DNA of 64,000 bases from the human T2T-CHM13v2.0 reference genome, Homo sapiens. The position numbers and the translations under genes were made by a program. Positions within the stretch are counted from its first letter, which is position 1. Every line of letters starts with the position of its first letter. Under the pieces are notes generated by a model that had not been told where the DNA came from, did no database searches, and worked only from the letters and a program-made list of their open reading frames with translations. Where the stretch lies: NCBI RefSeq assembly GCF_009914755.1, contig NC_060926.1. One strand, 5' to 3'. This document shows, piece after piece, positions 27,583-41,015 of the stretch.

Positions 27583-28619
27583 AATCTGGAAACGAGGAAA
27601 AGAGCGCCTAGATTTGGCTGGTGGTTAGAGAAATGGTGAAGCCGAGTCAGATCCAAGAATGGGGACTTTGAAAGGTTTTTGCCAACAAGTATTTCTCAGC
27701 AGAGAGTTTTTCCATTGTCTGAAGAAGAACCGGTCTGTTTTCCATCCCTCAGTCTCTGCAGAGATATTGTCACCACCACCCACTTTGTTCATGTCCTTCT
27801 TTACCCTTAAAAGACTTTGCTTCTTTCTTCTCCTTCCAAATCCTTCAGAATCCAGCTCTATTCCCACTTCCTCTGGGATACTCCCTGGTGGGCCTGTCCC
27901 TCTCCTGTACCCTCCTACACAGACCCCCTTGTGGCTTGTGGTCAACTCCACACCACTTAGCACAAATTTGTCTTCATTCCTAGACACTTTGTTGTGGTTT
28001 CACACATGCAAATCTTCTTCCCCAAACCAGTCAGCTTCTTTCCAAGGGCAAGAACCATATCTTCTATTAGCTTCTGGGCCCAATGACCTGAAAGAAACCA
28101 GATTAAGCCCCAAAGGAAACATAAAGGGTACATACAAAAGCTTTGAATACCAACTGGATCCTTTGCACTAGGTCTTTCCATCAAGATCTGTGTCCTTAGC
28201 TACTGGATTCACTCTTGTTCTCAGATCCCAGACACAAGGGAAAACAGAAAAGGAAAATGCAGCATCGTCTTCTTTTTCCATTTTAGGAACTCACTTCTTG
28301 CATATTGGCCTGGATCCTAATCCTACCCCTTAAAAGCCTTGGATTCTCCACTCCCCAATATAGGACCAGTATTCTGCAGTTCTCCTTCCTCCTGCAGAAG
28401 AACATCATTAGACAAAGGTGTGGAGAAGAGGTCTTTCTCTTCAATGTTCCTCCCTATTTTCCCTTAGCCACAAATCAGTAGAGAGATGTTAGATGGCAGA
28501 GTCAGATTGCAATATGAGTCATAACTAACAAACAAAAGAATTACTATTCAATTCTTAATAAATAGGAATTAATTCATTAAACTAAATTCTGAACTTCAAA
28601 TTTAAAAAAATCAAGTGCA

Positions 28620-29100
28620 AAAGCATAGCGGGGTAAAAGATAATTTAAGTTAACTGCAGGTGTAAGACAAGACAATAATAAATAATTTCTCTTAAGAAAG
28701 TTAATGCAGCTGGGCTGCATCAACAAATACCTAATGTTCAAGACTTTAGAGGTGATATTTCTACTTTATTAGTGCATTGGTCAGATTGGAAGTAGAACAT
28801 TTGGGATTTAAAAAGGAGGGCATAGACCATAGCCAGAGGAAGACAAGGCCAAAAATGGGTCTATAAACCACATCACAAAAAGAATGCTAGAAGAAACTGA
28901 AAGTATTTTGCTTAGAGAAGAAAAGTCTCATGGGGAAATGATCCCAGTTTTCAAATATTTCAAAGGTTTTCCTGTAAGAAAGAGACAATTTATTCTGTTA
29001 CTCTGGAATAAGAGGAAGCAGATCTCAATAGGAGAGGAAAGTTACTTTAGTGCTTTAAAAATAAAATGGGTTACTTTGTGAGGTTCCCACCACTGGAAAT
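28620..29100 (+). mobile_element. L3/CR1 LINE fragment
   Basis: 'gggctgcatcaaca', 'ttcaaatatttcaaagg' and 'gaggttcccaccactggaaat' are CR1-type segments. Confidence 0.55.
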
Positions 29101-29552
29101 ATTAAGCAAACACAGTCCTTTCAGAAGCCTGCTACTTCCTCCAAGAGTTCAGTGTCTCCTTGCTGTTCTTGGGCTATTCAGGTTGCCCCGGTGGTGGCAA
29201 AGGAGATCAGGCCACAGACAAGAGATCGAGCCTGCTCCTGCTAAGCTTACATATCAAGCTCTCCATCCCTTGGCCCAGCGAGGATGCAGTGTCCCTAGAT
29301 AAATCAGACAGGCTGAGGCTTGCTGATTAAGCCTAATAGCTAGCTGATAGAAGACACATACACCCTGTCTGCCCCCAGAAAACAAAAGACCATAGGGCAA
29401 AATGTTTAATGATGCCCCCCAAATACTTTGCTTCCTGGGGTAACTCTAGGCATCTAGGAAGGTATGGTAGAGACATTCAGAGGTCTAAGATATCCACTTT
29501 GGTTTGCTAGAGCACCTTAGGAGTGATTTAGTGATTTGCATTAACTTTCTTA

Positions 29553-29977
<425 letters not shown>

Positions 29978-30049
29978 CTATTTATTCAGAATCACAGCAG
30001 GAGTGATTTACTATCTCCCTCCCTTTCCATGAGGGAGATAGTTATTAAA

Positions 30050-30625
30050 AGCCAAAGCTTAGGAAGGTCAGGCAGTGGCTCCATAAGCTGAAACCCCAGC
30101 TCTGCTGCCTACTAGCCATGTCACCTTGGGCACTTTACTCCACCTATCTGTGCCTCCCTTCCTCCTCTACAAAATAAGAAAGTTGATCTTCATAGTACCT
30201 ATGATGGTTGATTTCATGTGTCAACTTGACTGGGCCACACATTTGGGCAAACATTATTCTGACTGTTTCTGTGAGGGTGTTTGCATGAAGTTAACATTTA
30301 AATTAGTAGACTAGGTAAAGCAAGTTGCCTTCCATAATGTGGGTGGACCTTATCCAGTTGAAGGCCGGAATATAACAGGAGACTGACTCTCCCCTGAGTA
30401 AGAAAAAATTCTCCTACCCAATAGTCTGTAGAGCATTGGCTCTGCAGATCTTGCCAGTCTCCATCATTACTGGGGCCAAATCTGTCTTTATTTGCTCTGT
30501 TTCTCTGGAAAACTGACTCATATAGTAACTATCACAAGAATTTATGTTGAGATCCATTAAGAAAATGCAACTGAAACCCTTTTTCTATATATCAGGTCTA
30601 GAGTAAGCCCTCAATAAATACAAGC
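30050..30625 (+). mobile_element. MIR interrupted by an MLT2 LTR (~30198-30525)
   Basis: MLT2 start 'tgatggttgatttcatgtgtcaacttgactgggccac'. Confidence 0.75.
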
Positions 30626-31454
30626 TATTTTTTTTTAGTAAGGTTGTTGCTTGAGGAGCAAAATCATCTAATTGGTTTTATTTGGAGGGGAAGAGAAACA
30701 CTTGTAAACAGGGCTGGAATGACTGTGGCCAGATATGTTCACACCCCTAGGTGGGGAATGACTGCAGCCTGGACATCAGCTGTGTCCTCAGAGGCTCTTA
30801 AAGTCTCACATCCAAGTTCTTTCCTCGACGACAGATGTACCTGCCAGATCTCTGAGTAGTTGTAGCCACACACCCTGGACTCAAGCAGGCCCCTCTTTGA
30901 GAAACATAATGGCACAGCCCTGAGACAAGGAGGGGAAGAGAGGTCCCCTGGCAACAAATCCACTGAATTTCCCAAAAGATTCCTTGCTATGCCCATCCTT
31001 CCTGAATCCAAGACCAAAGCCTTTTTCCAAACCCTGGATATCGCACAACTGCACCCCATGACCTCTTCCTCGTTTGTCTCCCTGAATTTATAAACCTGAA
31101 GCCTTTGCCTGAATCTACCCTGCCCAGTGACATCTACCCATCATTCCAGGAAGGGCTCACATCCACCTCAACCCTTCCCTGAAGTTCTCTGTCCACCCCA
31201 GTCACTTCAACCACCAATTTGCCCCTTGCCAGGCCCTCTTGTATTATTTGCACAGTCAACTCTCCTTGGGTTTGCACCCACTGCCTTTTCTGAAACACTT
31301 TACAAGCTCTTTAAAAATGGCCACTCCATGTCTTGCACCTTTCGCATCACCTAACACAGTCCCACATCTCTTCAATTGTTTGACTGATGATCCATGCCTT
31401 TGCAACCCCTTAGCCATCAGCAGCTCCACAGTTAGTTTTCTCTATCTGAAGCAC

Positions 31455-31632
31455 TGACTGCCAAACCTGAATGAGTGTCAAAAATCACCTGGAGAACTTT
31501 TATAAATTAAAGATTCCTGGGCCTCACCCCAAACCCACACAATCAGACCCTCCAAGGATGGGACTTTGGAATCTAAATGTTTTAAAAGGTGCTCAGGTGA
31601 TTCTAATGAGCTGCTGGTTTGGGGGACCACTA
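31455..31632. mobile_element. MER5-like element
   Basis: 'aatcacctggagaacttt...agattcctgggcctcacccc...caggtgattctaatg'. Confidence 0.75.
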
Positions 31633-31733
31633 CTCTTAGAGATATAGAAGCACTTTCTTGTGCTTTTGGACTGAACCCACCTCCAATGAAACTGAGTCAA
31701 CTCATCCAAGACCATGTGTAAAACCCATCCTCC

Positions 31734-32070
31734 GGCTGGGTGTGGTGGCTCACGCCTGTAATCCCAGGAGTTTGGGAGGCCCAGGCGGGCAGATCACGAG
31801 GTCAGGAGATCGAGACCATCCTGGCTAACAGGATGAAACCCCATCTCTACTAAAAAATACAAAAAAAAAAAAAAAATAGCCGGGCGTGGTAGCGGGAGCC
31901 TGTAATCCCAGCTACTCGTGCTGGGGGAGGCTGAGGCAAGAGAATGGCATCAGCCTGGGAGGCGGAGCTTGCAGTGAGCCAAGATCATGCCACTGCACTC
32001 CAGCCTGGGCCACAGAGCAAGACTCTGTCCCTAAAAAAAAAAAAAAACAAAAAAACAAACAAACAAAAAA
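31734..32070 (+). mobile_element. AluY
   Basis: AluY diagnostics (gagaatggc, ggagcttgcagtg); TSD ~catcctcc. Confidence 0.95.
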
Positions 32071-32899
32071 AACATCCTCCACTCTTATCAGACCAGCCTT
32101 CCTGTGGAACCCCACACGGTTCTCCTGTCCCATGCTTTTCTCTAGACTTCACTGTCTGCCAAACAACCTCCTTATATTCCTCCTTCCTGCTACCTCTCTT
32201 CCTCCCATGAATGTAAACAACCCTCCCCTCCTTAGCATCCCAGTTCCAGTCCCCTCCTGAGTGGACCCACATGTTGGCACTGTCTCTGCCTGAGTCTTCC
32301 CAACCAGCACGCTTTGCCAACAATGACTTGGGTTGAACTAAAGAAAATTTCTTAGCATTTATGCTGACTATTTAAGGAGAATTTGTTGATGTATTCTTTC
32401 CAAGATAAACACTCAAGAATATGGTTGATTAGTAGAATATGCTCAAAATTCTACTAGTGGTCGCATTTTACCTTGCAACAAGTTCTCAAAGGGGGAAAAA
32501 ATTCTTCATTTAAAGAACTTTAGTACATTTGAGAGCATGGATAGAGTTTCCAAAAAATGAGATCTTCCTGAATGAGGTCTCCAGTTCAAACAGCCAGCAG
32601 CCTTTATCTTTGCCTGCTCATGACAGGCTTGGTGTGCACTGAATTCTAGAATACCAAGGTTGGAAGGAACCTTCAATATCATTTTCTCCAGGAGCTGACA
32701 GATTCACAAAAAGTTCTTAGGACACAAACCAAGTGTTTGGAACATTCTTAAAATTTATTTTGTTGGTCTGTACCACTGTACTCAAAGGCCATACTCCCTG
32801 GCTTATCCACCAGGATATGAACACAGTGCCGTTCTAAGACTATATTAACCCTTGACACACTTGTGCCAGCAATTTGAGAAATTCAACCAGGGATTATTG

Positions 32900-33085
32900 A
32901 TTCTCTACAGTACATTGACATCTTGGACCTGACAATTATTTGTTGTGGGCAGGGTTGGTGGGTGGGGCTGTCCCATACATTATAGACTGTTTAGTAGTAC
33001 CTCTGAACTCTGCCTCCCAAATGTCATTAATAACAACACCACTCCTAGGGGACAAACTAATCCCCAATGAGAATCACTGCTCTAT
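32900..33085. mobile_element. MER20-like hAT element
   Basis: 'cattgacatcttggacctgacaattatttgttgtggg...tgagaatcactg'. Confidence 0.65.
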
Positions 33086-36000
33086 AGTGTGCTATACAGC
33101 CCCCATCCTCCAGGAGTTCTCAGTACAGATAGGACATCGACGTCTGTGCCAATCCTCATCGAACCTTGTGATAAACTCTGTATCAGGAACATGGAGAGGA
33201 AGAAGGGAGCCCCCAACTCTGCCTAGGAGAGTCAGAAAAGGCTTCACAGAAGGGGCAGCTTTTGGAACAAGTCTTAAAACGAAGAAGGCATTCCAAGGAA
33301 AGAGTATTCCAGGCAAAAGGAGCAGCTTATACCAAAAGTGTAGAATAACATGGTGCATTCAATGAATGGAAAACTGATGAGACTAACTAGAACTTAGAGC
33401 CCATAGTGAGAAGTGACAAAGCCAGAAAGAATTAACGAAATCGTTGCCAAGTCCTCTTGACCCTTATGTCCACTCCTCACTTGACTGAATCTGCATTCAT
33501 TTCGGAGCATGAGTTATAGGTATAGGAAGTGCAGGTAGATGGGGGCTGCATCACGTACTATCAACCTCAGTCTTAAAGTTTTCATTCATTGGTCCCCTAA
33601 ACTGAAGACATTTGAGCCACTACATTGCAGATTAGAATGCTGACTGTAATAAACAAGATCACCACGAGCACCTGTCTCATGAAAGCCAGCACCACTCAAA
33701 CACCTTTCTAGGATTGTCAGCTCCCAGAAGTGGGTAGTGGAAGTCTGGTACAGGCAGCCATTGCTGTTGCCTGATATAAACGAGGAGACCTAAGGAGGCA
33801 GCAGTAGCCTAGGAGGAAAGATGGTGATGTAGGAAAGAGGCCCCTGGACTGAGGGCTGGGACACCAGCTTTAGCCCAGCTCTTCTGCTAACTTTCTGAGT
33901 CACTGAAATTCCCCAGACCCGTTTCATCATCTGTAAATGGAAAGCATTACAATAACCCTCTACAAGGCCTCAGTGCAGCCACATCACCTTGCTAGTCCTC
34001 AGTTCCCCCAGATATTCAATGTGGGGACTGAATTATTCCAATGGTTTGAAGCCTTTTTTAATCCCAGTGTCCTCCAGGAATGACCTGTAGGAAAGCTATG
34101 CCTTCCCTTCATGCCCTGGGAAGATGGGCACCTAGGCAATTTCATTATTCATTTCAGGGCATTCTTAGAATTCTCAGGAGCTCCAGGTTAAAACCCTTGG
34201 ACTAGGTGGTTTCTAAGGTCTCTGCCAACTCTGGAATTCTATGAACATGATAGCTGTGGCTCTGACCCAAAGAGCTTGCATCCAGGTGTGCCTGATGGGG
34301 AGGTTTAGAGAAGGAAGTACTTGACAACAAAAGAATGAATCTACCCTGTCAGAAGGGATACAGTTCTTGCCAAAAAAGAGCAGCTCTCTGACATTAGCCA
34401 TTGCTTCTGGCCTTCCCAAACATTCCAGCACTCCCATCAAGCAAACTACCTCTGCCTCCTTCATAGCTTCTTCTACCCAGCTTGCCAGCCGGTCTCTGTA
34501 TCTCCTCACTCATCACCCATTCACTCTTGTGTCCTCCTGTACATGAACAGAATTACAGTGAAATCACTACATCTCGGTATCTGTACATTTTTTCATGTTT
34601 GACTTCTCCCCTTTTCTTTGCATCATCCCTAACAGCTCACTCAGACCCTGCCCAATTCAGACCCCTTGTCAATGTGGGGCTAGAGAGGATGACCTCTGGA
34701 AAACCCCAGACAATTGACATCCATCTGATTCTATGTCACTGAGGAATCCAAAGAAAAGAAAATGTTTATTAAAGTCAGTGAAGTCTAACAAGAAGGTGGG
34801 GACAAAGGGAGCTTCTAAATTCCAGCACTCTCCCCTTGGAGGTAGGGTGGAAAACCCAGGCCTTCCTGCTGGAAGTCATCAGATCCCAGCTGCTCCAGTG
34901 CCAGAAATCAGTGGAAATGTATATATATTTTTAATACACTCACATTGCAAATAAAAACAGTTTTACATCAATACAGGGGTTGGCCGAAATGTGTTCCAAC
35001 TCTACTAAGCAAGGAATGAATTGAAACGCCTATAATAACATCAAGCAAGGCAGTCCCTCTGCCAAACTTGGACAGAGGGGAATTTGCACTGCCAGAGAAA
35101 ATCTGTTCTTCATCAGTGTTTCAATATTCAAGGAAGCCGGGGACATTTTTCTGTGACGGAAGCAAAATGCCAGCTGCCAATACTATGATTTAATTCCCTC
35201 TTTTTTTCCTCTCTCATTGGAAATAATTGTCACAAGAATTTGGTGGGCCATAAAGGCCTTGTATATAAGAAAGATTATACTGAAATGGAGGGACGAGAAA
35301 TGTGGGGAGGGATAAGGAAGAGAAAGAAATGTAAAGTGGGAAAAGAGGAAGGTGGGAGTTAAAAAGAGGTGGAGGAAGAGAGGAATGGGGTGAGAGGAGC
35401 AATGGTGGAGAAACAGGAGAAAGTTCAAGAAAAGCAGAAAAATAACAGTGGAAAGGCGAGAGAAAAATGAGAAGAACGTGAGAATGAGAAGGGTGAGTAG
35501 AATAAAAATCACAAATAGAGAAGGGAAAATACAAAAAAAAAGTCAGAGGTGAAAGAAATCTTAAAGAGTGTTGGGTCAGTCTCCTCTCAGGTGTCAGGTA
35601 GGAGGCCAAAGGGTGAAGTTATTTGCCCGAGACCAGACGGCATGCCCAAGGTCACTGAGCTCAGAACAGAGGACCAGGACCTCCTCACTGCTGTCTAACG
35701 CTCTTCACTCTTGAGCAGGTGGCAAGCAAGGCAAAGAGACAGGGGAATTAAGAAGAAAAAGATGAGAACTTGCATGTGTGTACATGTGGATACATCGCTT
35801 GGCTTCTTCAATCACCTGTATTGTGTAATCTAATCCATTCTAAAATCTAATACAATCTAATAGTCAAAGTTTCTTGATTCTTAGACCCCATGGGCTTCTC
35901 ATGAAATGTATCTAAGCCCTGGAGAACGCTATTTTCTCTGTCATCAAATCGCACGTGGTGGAATCAGGGAGCTGAAGAGAATATCGGGATGTTACTGGGC

Positions 36001-37002
36001 TAATGTAACGCCACTAAGTGGACCTCTAAGGACCCCTCTGGTGGGGAGGGGCTTCTGGCTTCCCATGATCATAGGTTTACTGACAAGAGTCAGTTCTGTG
36101 TGCCTAGAAATCCCAAACTCCAGGACCCCAGTTCTAGCTGTGGAAGTCATCCCCTTCAAGATGAGGGCCTTTCTGGCTTAGGCATTAGCTACTAATTTTC
36201 AATCTATCATTTATTTAATAGTATCATACTAGTGTTCATTTATTTCTATAATGGCACCATGACTGTTTAAGATGTTAAAATTAGGGAAATCTGGGTAAAG
36301 GATATGCAAGAGCTTTCTGTACTATTTTAGCATCTCCTCAAAAACAAAACAAAACAAAACAAAACAACAAAAAAACTTCATAGTGATCTCAATGGCTAGA
36401 TTTGGATTTGGAAGTGTCCATCATTGCCCACATCCACAGCCCCTGCCCCCTGGCCAATGATTTACCTCTCTTTTTCCCCCTTCCTTAGTTCCTTACACAC
36501 ACACATGTGATTACCATGGGCTGTTCACCCAAGCTCTGTCCACAACCCCCAGACCCCACAAATAGCCTCTTCTTGGCCATCTCTGGGATCTAGGGATCTG
36601 TACACTGGCAGTGTAGTCCACCCTGAGAGGATAGACCCAGGGAAGGCTCAGGGCCATTTGAGCAAGGATTTCAAGGAGTTGGGTACTAGGAACATGGTCT
36701 AGAAGCTGGTGCAAACCATAGGTTTCAGGGAGGCAAATCCCTTGATGTTGCCCCCTGAGAAGGATGTAAGAAGAAAACAGCCAGTGTAGGGCCTTCTTAA
36801 GTGTGAGACCTAGGGCAGGGGTGCCATTCACCCAGGTCTAAGGCTAGGACTGTCTCTACCTTACTACCCACCTGCTGGCTAGCCCAGGCTCAGTGGCAGT
36901 GTAGGCAAGAAGAAAATGGAAAATCCATTCTGGTCATACAATCACTCTTAAGTAATTTGGACAGAATCTTAATGATGGTGTTTGCCATATGTTGCTGAAG
37001 GG

Positions 37003-37367
37003 TGTCTTAGTTCATTCTGTGCTGCTATAACAGAATATCTAAGACTGGGTATTTAAAAAGAATGGGAATTTATTGGTTTCTGAAAGCCAGGAAGTTCAAA
37101 TGCATGGCACCAGCATCTGGTGGTGGCCCTCTTACTGTGTCATCTCAAGTGGAAGGCAGAAGAGCAAGAGAGAGTAAGAGTAACGAGACGGCTGAACTCA
37201 TTTTTTAATGAGATGCCTGGTTCCATAATAATGGCATTAATTTATTCATGTGGCAGAGCCCTCATGACCTAATCAACCTCTTGATGGTCCCACCTCTCAA
37301 CACTGTTGCACTGGGGATCAAGTTTCCAACACATCAACTTTAGAGGGACATGTTCAAACCACAGCAA
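37003..37367 (-). mobile_element. MST (MSTC/D) MaLR LTR
   Basis: 'tgtcttagttcattctgtgctgctataacagaata...ttcaaaccacagca'. Confidence 0.85.
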
Positions 37368-37895
37368 GGAAGAATCAATATTTTCTCTTCTACACTCTTA
37401 AAAGCCTCTTGGGCCATGATTCATTGACTTGGAATCGCTGAAGCTAGCAAAGTGCTTGGCATATAATTTATGGTGAATAAATGAAGGAACACTGAACAGC
37501 TATTTTCACTGTAATGATATAAGTATCATCATCAAGATAAATAGTAGATATGATTCTACAGAAGTACAAAGAAGTACACATAGCCTGGACTGGAGGGGTG
37601 AGGATGGGATTCTGAATAATCTTAAAGAATGGATTGGGATTAGTCACGAAGTAAAGAAGGGCATTCCAAGCAGAGGGAAGAAATTGTCATGGCATATTGG
37701 AATGATTGTGGCAGAACAGAATTTAAGTGTCATGAAGGAAGCCAATCACTGTATGTATCCCCAACACCTTGCACAAGCAGGCATCTAGTAGATTGAATAT
37801 ATGTATTAGGTAAATGATGAATATATGTATTAGGTAAATAAGAGAATGTGGGTCATCTCTTTTCAAAACCATAGAAAGCTTAACAATATTCTAGT

Positions 37896-38110
37896 CCAGG
37901 GACTGGCAAACATTTTCTGCAAAGCGCCAGATAGCAAATATTTCAGCCTTTGAAGGCTATGTAGTGTCTGTCACAACTACTCAACTCTGTTGTGTCCCAT
38001 GAAAGCCACCATGGATGACAGGTAAATGGCGTGAGTGAGTTCTAATAAAACTATATTTATAAAAATGGGCAATGGGCAAGGAATCATAGCTTGCTGACCA
38101 CGGCTCTAGT
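37896..38110. mobile_element. MER58A-like hAT-Charlie element
   Basis: 'cagggactggcaaacattttctgcaaagcgccagatag...tctaataaaactat'. Confidence 0.8.
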
Positions 38111-39329
38111 CCAACACCTAGAGCACAGGTGGTTGATGGCGGCACTTAAACTAAATATTAATGTCCCAATATAAGTGTTTGGACTGAGAGTAGCACAGAT
38201 GTTTCGAGATAAGAGAGGTAACTGTAGGCCTCAGAAACCAGGAACATATTCACAGAGGAAACAGGATTCCAATTAGGCCTAGAGGCTCAATGCAGTCCAA
38301 AAAATGAGAAGACAAGATGTTGAAAAAAGAACACACACCTGGTAGTTGCCTGTCTTTTCACCAATGTATTTAGGTTCTAGCTGTGCTTCCCTGAACCTAA
38401 GGTAGAGGAGGAGAGGGAACAAGGGTAAAAGCAAAACCACATTCTAGGACAGCATGTCAGGCCAAAGAACAGACACAACACTGTGTCTCCTAAATGGGGA
38501 TTTGGGGAGTTGAAAGGCCTTAGTCTCTGGGCGAACAACACAGAGACACAGAAGCAGCCAGTCTGGCAGATGGAAAAGCACAGCCTGATCTACTGCCCAA
38601 GAGGGGAACCAGCCCCTGGTCAGAATCTCCCTCTGCATTTCAACTGAGAGAGAATGCACAGTCTCTTGGGACCCCAGATGTGAAAAGCCATTGTAAGTTC
38701 ATTCTGGCACAAAGTCATTTTACAAATTGAGAAACTAAGTTCTAGACAGAAGAAACAACTTTCCCAAGGTCACAAAGCAAGTGAGTGGCCAGGGTGATTC
38801 TGAGTCTTAAAGCTGGCCTCCCAATTCTCTGTAGACCCTTCTCCGACATCCTGCTGAAGCTCCCCACCCCGACCCCCATCCCAGTGCAGGCATTCTAATG
38901 ATCTTTTATATATAGACATACAGGTGTCTAGGCTTTGGATGTAAAAATCTGTAAGACATTTCATCAGCATTGACTCTATCTCCTATTAGATCATAGTCCC
39001 TTGAGGTGATGGGTGGCTCATCTGCTCTCTCTGGCTCTGTGAAGACAGGTCTCTGCACTCACTGTGAGGAGGCCAAGTCCTGCACTTCTCAGACCTGCTT
39101 AGAGAACCCTGCCCTTCAGGAACCATCCCCAGGTTCACTCCATCCCCAAACACAGGAGACTAAGCCCTTTTCAATTCCACATCAACTACCTGAGCTCCTA
39201 CTAATGCTCTGATTAGAATTATTTGTGTTCAAGAGTATCTGTCTTGCCCACTAGATTGAGAACTCCTCAAAGGCGAGAATTGTGTCTCAGTTATCTCTGT
39301 ACTTCTGGCCATGAGTCTGACACATAGAT

Positions 39330-39848
39330 AGGTGGTATTAACTGAGGGTTAAGTGGGTTATAGCCTCCAGAGGGCCAGGAGAGCATAACCAAGAGATTAA
39401 GAGATTGTGTCAACTGGAAAAAAGGCAATCCTGAGTTCAAATTCTGACTCACATGCTATTTAATCTCTCTGAGACTTAGCTTTCTCATCGGAGTCATTGT
39501 CAGAGTTAAATGAGACAATGCTGCTGGTATTGGTGGCAATGAGGGCTGGTTCCCTTCTTGGGCAGCAGATCAGGCTGTGCCCCTCCATCTGCCAGAATGG
39601 CTGCTTCTGTGCCTTTGTGTTGTTCACCCGGAGACTAAGGTGGTATTAACTGATGGTTAAATGGTTATAGCCTCCAGAGAGCCAGAAGAGTATAGCCGAG
39701 AGATTAGGAGATTGTGTCAACTGAAGAAAAAAAAAAAAAGGCAATCCTGAGTTCAAATTCTGACTCACACACAGAAGGTATTTAATCTCTCTGAGACTTA
39801 GCTTCCTCATTGGAGTCGTTGTCAGAATTAAATGAGACAATGCTGCTG
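39330..39848. repeat. Direct duplication (~200 bp, MIR-containing) separated by an inverted copy of 38518-38615
   Basis: 39330-39526 ~ 39638-39848; 39543-39640 is the reverse complement of 38518-38615 (88/98 by manual alignment). Confidence 0.92.
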
Positions 39849-40814
39849 AAGCCTTTGGCAGAACACCTGGCATTCAGTAAACACTCTATCAATGTGCTGG
39901 AAGACCAAAGTCAGGCTGCCAGTATCATGGGTTGGGCTGTGGATGAGCTGGTTAGTTCACACTGGGCTGTCTCGCAGTTATCTTTATTTAGGTACAGGGA
40001 GAGCTTGAGCAGAAGATGGATGAGGTAAATCCACCCATGTGACCAGAAAAACTAGAAAATCAGGCCCCACTCAACTCCTGAAGGAAATAACCCAGGGTAC
40101 GCCCAGTCCCAACAACCAGGCCAGTGGCCTCTCTAAACCAGGCCAGCACAATGCTGCAGGCTCTCCAAGCCTCCTGCTAGTTGACAGAGCCCCACACACT
40201 TTCCAGAGAGCTGGCCCTCTATATTCTCCAGCTAAGACCCTTATATCTCAGGCTGGCTGGTGACAATGGTGAGATACATTGGGTAGCTGACAAAGAAAAA
40301 TAGACTTTTTTTAAAGAAATCAACACATCAACACCTGTTAGTCAAAGCTAACTGAATTCTAGCAGCCTGTGAATGCCAAAAAAGCGGGGGGAAAAAAGGC
40401 ATGAAAGATGGATCATGGAAGGCAATGACAGAGACAGAGGTCTCAGAGCAGATGGCCTGTATAGTCATGGACTGGGTGGGAGGTGAAGGTAGCAGTTCAC
40501 CTGGGGAGTCCGGTAACAAGGTCAAAGCACAAAGTTGTGGCAGCTAAAGTCTGGACCAAATCTCTCCCAACTGCATTAAGATTACGAAAAGCAGAAGGAA
40601 TAGGTAAGTAAGGGATAAACTAAAATCAAATTCGAGCCCCCAAACAAAACAAGTGCAACAACAACAAGAAACCTTTTAAGAGAATAAAATCTAAGCAAAT
40701 TAAATTTACATGCAAGAATTTAACTGGATAAAGCACACTTCTGAAATACAAAGTCAAAAGGCTAAGATGTAACTAAGCATAGACCTTCAGGGTCTAGCTC
40801 TGTGGAAGTAAAGC

Positions 40815-41015
40815 AGTGGTGTGCTGGAAAAGTTGGTCTCACCCATGCCCTCCCCACCAAAAATGTCCCCTTGATTTGCAGTATTTGCTAATTTCCACGC
40901 TGTGAACATTTCCACCATAGCCAGTTTTAAGCCACAAACATGAATATCACTGAGCTCAGAGTTGGGAAGAAATTTAACAATAGGCTCTTGCAAAACCAGT
41001 ACAAACTGCCAGTGG
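40815..41015 (+). mobile_element. MER63-like element
   Basis: 'cagtggtgtgctgg...tttgctaatttccacgctgtgaacatttccaccatagcc'. Confidence 0.65.

Noticed and set aside
29179-29447. Possible further hairpins here and at ~35910-36180
   Set aside because: Anchors are few and drift across diagonals, so they are not distinguishable from chance by eye.
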